DNA of 58,472 bases, the filler included, from Sphacelaria rigidula (lineage: Eukaryota), in the NCBI GenBank assembly GCA_964200075.2. It is 5 parts of 5 records of this genome, joined end to end, with 100 filler letters (N's around TTAATTAATTAA, not from the genome) between each part and the next. Parts side by side here need not be neighbours in the genome. Positions count along the whole stretch, not along the records: positions 46,860 to 58,472 come from CAXNAA020004704.1; 4 more parts are not named here. One strand, written 5' to 3'. Positions 49,315 through 58,472 of this stretch are shown here, piece after piece. How positions within the stretch are numbered: position 1 is the first letter of the stretch; each line of letters begins with the position of its first letter. The notes beneath the pieces were generated by a model. It was given only the letters and a program-made list of their open reading frames with translations, was not told the DNA's origin and ran no database searches. Both the position numbers and the translations under genes were made by a program.

Positions 49315-50045
49315 GGAGTATACAAAAAGGGTATATATGTGGTTTTGGAACAAAAAAGGGTAGAACACTCTTCGGTTTGGGGCGTGGCGCTGCACACGGG
49401 CTGAGCAACTCGAAAACACGCGTCAGCGCCTCAGCCCCACACCCCAGTGTGCCTGGGCAGCATACCCAACATTTATTTTCTCCGACACATGTCATGAGGC
49501 TCAACTATGGCGCGGAAAAGGAGAGCCTGTGAGAGCACTCTTTGCTGTCGACAAACCTGTCCCGCACACAAGCGTTCGCGCCCTGCATGGATCGTCGGAT
49601 TTTTAGAGTAATTCGGGCCAACTACGGGCTACAATTTCTTCGTCACTGGCTTTGTTATTTTTAGCGAGGTGCATTTTCACAAAAAAAACGTGTACGGTTG
49701 TGACTGTTCGGCGTATCTTCTGCGGAGCGCGATATGGTCACCTCTTGACGTAAAATGTTACGTGAATCGACAAAAAAAGGTATGATATAACTGTTTAGCA
49801 GAGAGTCGAGTGTACCCTGCTGGTTTGTCGGCAGCAAAGAGTGCTGTCACAGGCTCTGCTTTTCCGCGCCCGGAAAAACAAAAGTCGGGCATACGGCCCA
49901 GGCACGTAGGGCGTGGGGTTGAAGCGCTGGAAGGTGTTCTCGTGGTGCTCAGCCCTTGTGTAGCGCCGCGCCCCAAACCAAAGAGTGAACTACCCCGTTT
50001 TGTTCCAATAGCCACGGTGTATACGCACCCTTCTTTGCGTATTCC
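49315..50045. mobile_element. Long-TIR/foldback element in SDR intron 1
   Basis: Arms ~49315-49560 and ~49820-50045 are diverged reverse complements (cactctt.ggtttggggcg.ggcgct.caca.gggctgagca; gcggaaaag.agagcctgtga.agcactctttgctg.cgacaaacc). Confidence 0.82.
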
Positions 50046-50409
50046 CGCAAAAAAATCCGAACAAAAATGCACTGCATAATATGTAGCCTCATCAACATGA
50101 ATTCATATATTTGTCGATTTTCGACATTTGATCTTTTTTTCATCATCTCAAGCTGGATCTATTTTTTTGCTTTTTTGCTTTTTTTGGCTACCGTAGTACG
50201 TTTTTGCGTCTTGATACAGATCTTGTGTCAAAATTTCAGATTTTAACTGTGACAACGAGCCTTACAAAGCTGACCAAGCGCCAAAAGATAGTTCAAGCTG
50301 GCCCAGCTTGTACGCGCTTGAATTTGTATGGCGAACATTTTTTTTTCGTTCTTCTGTTTCATGTTGAACTACTGTATATCACACAAAAGAAAATGCGCTG
50401 ACTTTGATC

Positions 50410-50547
50410 CTATGCGGAACCGTAGGCATACACGCTCATGGCGTCGTAACCACCACACTTGTCGTTCGCATCGCTGGCAAAGTCGAACGTGCATCCGCCA
50501 GAGACGCCGTGCTGGTCGTAATCCGTGTTCGTATCACCGCACCAACA
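50410..50547 (-). pseudogene. WSC-domain C-terminal exon, antisense within SDR intron 1
   Basis: cacag acceptor, then CWCGDTNTDYDQHGVSGGCTFDFASDANDKCGGYDAMSVYAYGSA*; one expected Cys reads Phe. Confidence 0.78.
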
Positions 50548-50584
50548 CTGTGCCTGCCTACATAGCCCTTAAAACGTCTCGTTC

Positions 50585-50810
50585 AGAATGTCAACTGTAC
50601 AAGGAGAAACGAGACGTACCAGAGGGGGAAATGCGGGTAAACGAAGGTGACACGAAATAATTTGATGCATTAGGCAGCACAGTAGCGAAAAATCGATGGC
50701 TACTCTGAGAGATCGAGGGTGGCCACAGGCAGCGAAACAGGACGGGGATAAGATATGTAAAAGGTGTTTGTGTGATGTACAGAAGAAACACGATAAGGAG
50801 CCGAATGTTC
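50585..50810 (+). mobile_element. Family B LINE internal fragment
   Basis: ECQLYKEKRDVPEGEMRVNEG...WPQAAKQDGDKICK homologous to the 27085-27711 ORF. Confidence 0.85.
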
Positions 50811-51737
50811 CCCCTCCAGTCGCTCCCCCCCCCCATTAAATGCGCGGAAAACACGACTTTGGCCGTATTGAATACGCCATAAGCCATGTGACGTGGGTCA
50901 GGTGTTCGGGGCTCCAAATGTATGCGAAAGAAGTTGTTAAAGGGGTGTAAGTGGGCGAGATGGAAGCACAGTGAAACCAACATATGTATCACCATTTTAC
51001 TTGCTGTTTGGATGAGGCGATCTGGCAACTCTGGCGGTTATGGAGGAACAAAACGACCACATGTGCACACAAGCCCGTGGTTCGTGTCGGGTACATACCG
51101 GTGGTCTGACTGGTGCAGTTGATGCCACTTAGGGCGTAAGGTTGAGCGTTCGACCCCCGCAGATGCATGTGGATTAAAAGCTTTTGGTTTTCGTCGCTGA
51201 AAACGCAAGCATGTGAGTTGCGAAGGAAACGCAATTGATTAAACACATTCAATGAAATCCTTGGTCGTGATTCACGACTCGCACGACTAAATGCGAAAAA
51301 CGACGATGACTGATTTGACAACTACGTGCCCCACGACTCATGGTCGTGGTCGCTGGACGTGTGAAAGGTTACTTGACGAGGGTCGACGCGGCGCGGATGT
51401 GTTGATCCAGTTCGTGACACCAAAACGGAAGGCATGCATCAAGGCTCAGATGGCAGTTAAATGATTAACCCTTCTACCATCCACAGATGAACACGTGGAC
51501 CTGGCAGCCATTTTCCGATTGAAAATGATACGTATTCAACAGCTAGACACGCCTGCGCGATCCTAGGGTTCAAACACGGCGTAAAATGTGGCAGGCCTGA
51601 GATTGTCCAAGTACGAGCCGGGGACCACAAGAACTCCCGCGGAACCGCGCGAAACTCAATTTACACAGACAAGGGTGGGAGGAAAACGGAGTGATTCCTT
51701 GAGACCACGGACTGATCCCGAGGATGCAGGGGGGGTG

Positions 51738-51836
51738 GTGTACTTACCTATGATCTTGCATGCCATAGCCATATGACCATTGACCTCACAACGCCACAAA
51801 GCCGGGACGGAGTACGCCGGGTATTCGCCGGATCGG
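51738..51836 (-). mobile_element. Family A 3' fragment abutting a G run
   Basis: gggggggtggtgtact...gcatgccatagccatatgaccattgacctc. Confidence 0.8.
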
Positions 51837-52234
51837 GTAGTGTGGCAGGAAGAGAAACATGGGCTACCTTGAGCTTCATGTAGGAATACATGTGAAAACA
51901 TTTCAATCTCATTTCGAAGTCGGCTTGAGAAATGAAGCAAACATGCACTTGTTGCGAGATGAAATGGCGTACGACGACATGGGATCCCGAGAAAGCAATG
52001 AAAACGAGCTATAATCAACTTGTACTTGCACGGGTGAACTTGGGAACGCATGTACATCAGCATGGTTCTATGTTCTCACCGTTGGAGGCCGTAGAAATGG
52101 AGCAAACCTGATCATGCATCCAAAATATACCACACCCGGAGCAATAGATAGCACCGGCGAACTGGTACTGCGTACAATGTCGAATATTCTCTCCACTGTG
52201 ACGTACAATATATTCGATACTGTACGCGGCACAC

Positions 52235-53460
52235 GACAGCTTTCGTACACTCAGGCCCTCAGAAAGACCGGATGCCAAAGTGCTGAAGCCATCGTCCGGC
52301 AACGGCGAATGGTTTTCGCGAGAGCCCTGGCTAGACAACCGGACTGACGACTACCGAAGCGGTTGACATTCGGAACACTCGTGGGGGGGAAGATCCAGGA
52401 CCGAGGTGCCCGGAGCTTTTGAAGCCACATCAGGCTTTGCGGACGACAGCAGACGGGCTTTCGGAGTTGACAGCGTCTTCTAGCCCTCAGGAGCGAAGGA
52501 GGAAGGGGGGAAGCCGAGTCACGCGGGGGTGCTGCAGGGAGCTGAGAGGTCCCGACCTCATGGAACACGAATGAGGAGGTCAGCAGAATACGTGCGATTA
52601 AACGGAACATCAAGGAAATCAGTACAACAGTGACGATGGCTCAGAGAAGGGGGCACGCGGGGGGAGGGGGGGACAAGGAGGACAAGCGGGAAATGTCCAA
52701 GCTGAGGATGCTAATGCGGCCGAAGCGTGCAGGGCAGATACTCATACATTGTCTTCCTACGCGCCTTCGGACCCCCTGCCTCTGACGCTGCCGGCGGCCC
52801 ACCACGGCCCGGCACCGACAAAAAGGCCACGCTGTGGTGTCCTCTACACCCTGAGGAATATTGCAGATAGTGCAGAGGTCCCAGAGTGCTGAAATATACC
52901 CTGTCCGACTTTGGAGCCTTCGGGTGCAAAACCTTCGCCGGCTACATGACCGACTCCGGAAGCTCCGATGAGGTGTTTGTCATGTGTGAAGAGAAAGCGT
53001 GGAATGGAGGTAGATAATGCCAATATAGCGGGTGGAAATGTCGGTGCTTGGCAACGCCGTGCATCCTGCGCATACCATTGAAAAGGATGAAAGTGCTGCA
53101 GATGCCCCCAAGGAAACCTTGAACGTTGCAATTGATAAGCATGTACCATACACTTGTACTGTTTACAGGGAATCGTATGAAACGACTCCCGCTGATGAAA
53201 TTAGAAGATGTATCGCCCCCCCCAAGTAATGGGAGGATACCCTGAAGCAGCGTGCGCCAGGGGCTGTCCCGCACAAAGGAGTCCGACGAAAGTGGTTCGA
53301 CTACGGTGTTGAGGTTAACGATGCATACGATTGGGTCACTGCGGCGAAGAACATGGGCAAATGGCATATTGGAGTCGAAAAGGGAGCGGAAGAGTTTGAG
53401 GACACGTGGTGACGCGTGGGCAAGCGAGAATCAGACCGCCGTCACAAGCGAAAGGCTGCT
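52235..53460 (+). mobile_element. RTE-like LINE C-terminal fragments (52235-52415, 53255-53460)
   Basis: LSYTQALRKTGCQS.E..VRQRR..FA.ALARQ...RLPKRLTFG and DWVTAAKNMGKWH.GVEKGAEEF; the intervening sequence is unassigned. Confidence 0.7.
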
Positions 53461-54258
53461 GCGTCGAGGGCTGCCAATCGGAGAGTCCTCTCTGCTCATT
53501 TCGATTGTTGATTGTGTCCTTAGTCGGTGGCTCTGCGGTGCCCACTGGTGGGAATCGGTGTCTACTCTGCTGCCTTGAATCCCCTGGGCCTTTCCTTTTC
53601 TTTTTTTTTCTCGTCGTGTTATTGTATTTCATTCTATTTGCTCTTGATTTTCCTCTTCCTTTCCTTTTTTTTTGGTTTTAAGTCGGCCATTTCTTTCTGC
53701 GCTTTGCTTGTGTTGACTTTTTTATTACTTTTTTTGTTCCGACTTGGTCTGCCATGTCGTTTTGTTCATTTTTTTCCCCCTGTTCCTTCTTTCCTTCAAA
53801 GCGTGTTTCATTTTCGTTTTTCTGGGGGGGTACGTCTATGATGAGACCACAGCTGGACCCCTGGGGGATCAGTAAAATTGCTACACTCGACCAATCAAAT
53901 AAATCAAATCATCATCGTAGAACAATAGAGACTACTACGGGGGGTCGTGCAGGACGCATGCCGGGAATCACGACCCGATGCCGGAAAATGGGAGTTTGGG
54001 CGACGTATCGTCAGCATGTGCCTATCCTTAAGTCAAAACGCTCATGTACACCCCTTCGAAAAGTAAGGGAGAAGGGGAAACACACAAAGCGAGGCGGCGT
54101 CTGCTGGCTACCACTAAACGCACACCTTCAAACATAATCGTTTGGACATAACGGTAGCCCTGCCGGGCGCGCGCTACGTAGTAGCGAGCCCACAACACCA
54201 GAATGTATCCAATCCTATGGTGGGGGGCGGGCAGTCTGTGTTTACTATTCTGGCAAGA

Positions 54259-54625
54259 GTGTGTGTGTTGTGTGTGTGTTGTGTTGTCGTCCCATCTATT
54301 CTGGACGCCGGTTTACACCTTTCGGTATATGTGGGCGCATCAGCCGGGGCCACACAGCAGGAAGGTCAACACAGGAGCTTTTTATTTTTTATTTTTTCTT
54401 AATACCCCAGCTTGCTTGCCTTCATTTTTTATCGCGAGAAGGGAGGGTCCAGCAGTTCCTTTCCCTCGTCGACCGTTAACTCGAATTTTGTGTACTCACG
54501 ACATAGTCGCTCTCCACTGTTGGGCATGGTGTGAGAAAAAATCCCCAGATCGCTCCGAGAATTACATCCACGACCCAACCGTCAGAAGGTCTTGAGGTTA
54601 CCGACTGAGCCACCGGGGCGACCGG
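54259..54625 (-). mobile_element. tRNA-derived SINE, full length
   Basis: Head CCGGTCGCCCCGGTGGCTCAGTCGG (A box), (CA)n tail; colinear with 33406-33777. Confidence 0.85.
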
Positions 54626-54668
54626 TCTCAAGAGTGGACTTTTGAATTCCTGCTGACCTGTGTGGCAG

Positions 54669-54783
54669 GTATTGGACGACGGACTGCTTTCCATCTTGCG
54701 CGCATGGGGGCCAAGGTCGTCATGGCGTGCCGCTCCCTGCAAAAGGGCGAAGAGGCGTGTGCTCAGCTGGAGCAAGAGCTGAG
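54669..54783 (+). CDS. SDR exon 2
   Basis: ggcag / GTACGA; GIGRRTAFHLARMGAKVVMACRSLQKGEEACAQLEQEL. Confidence 0.92.
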
Positions 54784-55091
54784 GTACGAGCATGAGAGTA
54801 GACAAACCACTCATGGGGACCGGTCGAACGTCGTTTCGCTGCAAGCCGCCGCGTAGTTCGAAGAGCATGCAACGCCGAAGGTCTGCTTTGTGGGTGTAAC
54901 CTGCACCAAGTGCACTTGACTGTCGTGGATTTTGATAACTTCCTCAAAATCGACCTTTCTTTGAATCCGGTGTCGCGATCGTATTTTGGCGAGTGCTGAC
55001 TGGGGAAATGACTCGAAGAAGATACGTGAAGGCTTACTGTGTGTGTAGGCATCACGTGCCTCATTAGCACAACATGCATGTCATGGAACAG

Positions 55092-55179
55092 GGATACCTA
55101 CACTAGGTCTGGTGGCGACATAGCCGGCGGCACTGGAGACGCAGATGTATCGGCAAGACATGAGCCCGGAACGTTGGAG
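55092..55179 (+). CDS. SDR exon 3
   Basis: aacag / GTGATC, phase 2/0, supplying the phase change needed between exons 2 and 4; DTYTRSGGDIAGGTGDADVSARHEPGTLE. Confidence 0.75.
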
Positions 55180-55992
55180 GTGATCATCCCTTGAAATGCG
55201 AGGGGTAGATGCTCGTTACATCGCGGGAGGTTGAACGACGAGGTGATGGTAGTCTAAGGTCTGCGACTTACCCTTGCGCGGAAAATGCCGATAACTCCGG
55301 CAACCTCGGGTGAAAATAGAGCTGATGCCTGGATGTCCCCAGATTTTCTGGAGATTTAAACCAATAATGGCAAATACGAAGTAGTTCGAGGTAAGGCATC
55401 GTGTTCGTGGCGAACTTCGTCATTCGATCCGGGACGGTTTCTCAACAACGATCTGGCCAACTCCATGGATGATCGCTCCGATTAGCGAAGCTGTCCACAT
55501 CATATTTGCCAACTCCGCTCTTCACCGGTTTTCACACGGATTCCCTTCAGCTATGTTGTAGGTTCCCAGATTTTTCCGCAATACCCAAGAACCTGCATTT
55601 TCGCACGCCCATAGATAAAGCCAACTCCAGCCTTTCCTGGGGCGTCTAGTCCGCAGGAGTCCATGATATTTTGTTATGCTGTAATTTGTTAGCTTTTTCG
55701 CTCGCAGTCTAGGGCGCTTTTCGAGTGCTATATAATCGCACGGGAACGCCTGGCCGGGGTCAGTTGATGTCGTCTCTTCCTACTGGATCAATGAAGCGTC
55801 GTGCTCAGCCTCGCAGGAGTCTCGACCAAGGCACCCCCGTATCTTCAAATTTGTATCACGGTAGTTATCGGGAGGTCCACACATCACCAACCTGAGAAAC
55901 AATTCCAGTTGGTATCCTGTTGACTTTTCACGGCGTGCTGCTTGTCCCTCCGCTCACTCTCTCCTTCTCGTTCTTGTACAAACCGCGAACAG

Positions 55993-56089
55993 GTGATGGA
56001 GTTGGATCTCGCAGACCTGAAATCAGTGAAAGCGTTCGCCGCGGCGTTCAAGGCTAAGCACAGCCGGCTGGATACCCTCGTCAACAACG
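55993..56089 (+). CDS. SDR exon 4
   Basis: aacag / [38 protein letters not shown]. Confidence 0.92.
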
Positions 56090-56673
56090 GTAAGTGTGCA
56101 CCAAGGAGGGCTTGCCCAAGGCGTAGCGCGTAGAACTTCGCCATAACGTATCGTCCGACATTTGTCGGGGGGAATCTTGAGCGCCGCTGCCCGCAGAAGC
56201 TAGGGGCGGATGGACGCCCTCAGGTATCACCTCAGACAAAGAAGGAGATGACCACGGAAACATATCCCCTCGAGAGTTGCTCACCAGTTCGGGATGCTTG
56301 CCGGGTGAGGGAGGCGGGATTTCATATCAACAACTGGTGCATCCCCACCTTAGTAGGCAGCGTGGATGCTCATGGTGTTGGCTCATACTGGTATTACTGG
56401 CGGTACCTTTCTCATCTCGCCCCGTACCACCCGGTCCCCCTCCCCCGCTTCATCGCACATTCGTACCTGCGTGCGTGATCGACCGGGAGGGGTCGCTCGT
56501 GCGGGGAAGGCAGGTATTCACGGCGTTTTTTTTTTTTCTATCTTCGTTTTTTTTTCGACTTTTGGCCGTTGGCATGGGGTCCTCAGCGCCGTAGCAAACC
56601 CCCGCCCGACGTTGCGCTACTGCTACAATCTTGCTTGCCTTCTGGCCGTGCTCACACCCGCTGTTCTTATCAG

Positions 56674-56800
56674 CTGGACTGGCCGGCGTGGAAGGCTTGA
56701 CCGCAGATGGATTGGACATGACATTCGGGGTAAATTTCGTTGGCCATTTTGCGCTCACACTGGAGCTCCTGCCTCTCATACAGTCAACACCGGCCGCACG
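56674..56800 (+). CDS. SDR exon 5 (gene continues beyond the identified exons)
   Basis: ttatcag / GTGAGA; completes NNAG, then TADGLDMTFGVNFVGHFALTLELLPL. Confidence 0.92.
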
Positions 56801-58472
56801 GTGAGATGGCCTACGTTGTAATACAGACGGTGAGAGATTACTTCGGCGAAGCGTGTGCTACGTACAGCATCCAATATTTTTGTCTATTGCGGTTTAAATA
56901 TATTCGATTCTGTACACAGCATTAGATACTTTACTCAGTATAAATGTTTGCCAGTGTAATCTACTGTCTAGGGTGTGAAATCGGTTCATTCCCACGCTTT
57001 TGCCATTGACCCATTTAATTCGAGGTGGCAACAGCTATGAGTGTCGCGCATATACCATTGAGTTATACTCAGTACTCATCTTGCTTCAATTCGAGACTGC
57101 CGATACACGTCAAACACAAGTGACGTCGGAGAAGGATTGACAGTACAGGCTGACAGTAGCAGCACAGTAGAAAAATGAGCACCGTCAGTACAATGTGGGT
57201 CATACAGGTTTTATTATTATTATTATTTTCATTATTTGTCGCACTTTGAACTCCCCCCCTTCCTCCGGGATGACTCAGCAGGCTCGAGGGACCAACCCAT
57301 CTCTCCCCGGTACATGCCTTGCATTTTGGTCTCGCGGATGGGGTCATGACCATCAGAACTCCCGCACCGCGTCAACTCCCGTCACACAAACTCAGCCACC
57401 TACGTTTTTTGCCGATTCACGTTCTCACGCTCTCGGCTGGGGAAACCAGATGAAAAAATGCCCAACGCATCGGTGTTCGAATCCATGTTCTCTCCACCCT
57501 AATCGTGACAGTCGGACCATTACACCAGTGGGGCGCGGCGGCATATTGCAGCACAGTGATAGTATTCCATCACCTTTTGCAGCTTACAACAGTTCAGTGT
57601 CGTTAGCAATCATGCGGTACACCACACTATTCTGTATCACGGTATCATTACTACACCAAGTGAGCTCTTGGACTATCCGTATCGTATTCTACGATCTTGG
57701 GTGGGTGGTCTTTGATGTGGTAGCCTAACTTGCACGGTCCCCCTTGTTGGTATGAGCTGTCATAACGGGGATATGGGGCATGTCGCCAAGCTATCCAGTA
57801 CATGCCCACCTTCACTCATCAAAACAGTCCTCTTACAGTAACATTGTCTGGTACTCAGATAGAAGCTGCCGTACCTATTGTTGATACCCAGCATGTGTGG
57901 ACGGGGTTCGTGAGTTTTGGCTCGAAGACAGCAACGTTCAGCCTCCACTCTTTCTTCACCTCAAGAGAACTACATAGTCCGCACCAAAGCGCTGTGCCCA
58001 GACTCTGGTATCCAAGCGAGGGACTGGAGAGAGGGGGGTACTAAGCAGTGCTTGAAGCCATATTTCTCCCCCCCATTCTTGCGTCCTTGAGCCCTCCCCA
58101 TTGTCTTGATTTGCTAGTCCTTCCATCAACATCTGCTGTCGCAGTGTGAGTTGATTGCGTTGATTGATTGTCGCACTTTAACTGACTCCCCACGGATACA
58201 GCCGTGGTCATTATCCGCATGATAGACGTACCCGAGACGAAACGAAACTGAAACACTCGCTGAAGAAAAAAACAAAACAGAAAAGGGAGATCAGAACAAC
58301 AGAGTAGACTAAGATGTAACAAGGAGAACAAGTAAATAAAAAGGAAAGAAGAAACGCGAAGAAAGAAATGGCAGGTCTCTGCCTTATGGCTTCTGCGGAA
58401 AAGGTCGTGTAACAACCAATTGTGCGAATTGAGGTTTAACTCCGAGATGAGGTCCAAGCCTAAAACAGTGCT

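Noticed and set aside
55560-55660. LINE endonuclease-like GKAGVGF on the minus strand
   Set aside because: Single short motif with no other APE motifs in frame.
1-58472. Endogenous phaeovirus/NCLDV segment or prokaryotic defence system
   Set aside because: No dense intronless gene clusters, viral core genes or operons are visible.

Overview
Eukaryotic, intron-rich, transposon-dense DNA, most consistent with a brown alga (Phaeophyceae). The taxon is inferred from the WSC-domain exon style, the exon/intron layout and the TE types. The window is not contiguous: it is five contigs sorted by length (11616, 11615, 11614, 11614, 11613 bp) joined by 100-nt N/TTAATTAATTAA spacers. Contig 1 holds a decayed chromodomain-bearing Ty3/Gypsy element (with a nested MITE and a 301-bp tandem duplication) plus Copia-like gag remnants. 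Contig 2 holds a 5-exon minus-strand gene (signal peptide, coiled coil, multi-TM) with an in-frame stop. Contig 3 has one EMC2-like exon and a LINE 3' end. Contig 4 has an RTE-like LINE remnant and a B-box exon. Contig 5 has five exons of an RDH-like short-chain dehydrogenase, with an antisense WSC exon and a long inverted repeat in intron 1. The most interesting signal is a LINE plus an apparently non-coding partner family that share a 3' end, finish in GAGTAC(R) followed by poly(C) rather than poly(A), and show target-site duplications built on G/C homopolymer runs. The partner's 5' end partly resembles an HDV-type ribozyme, which is speculative. No database search was possible, so novelty is untested.
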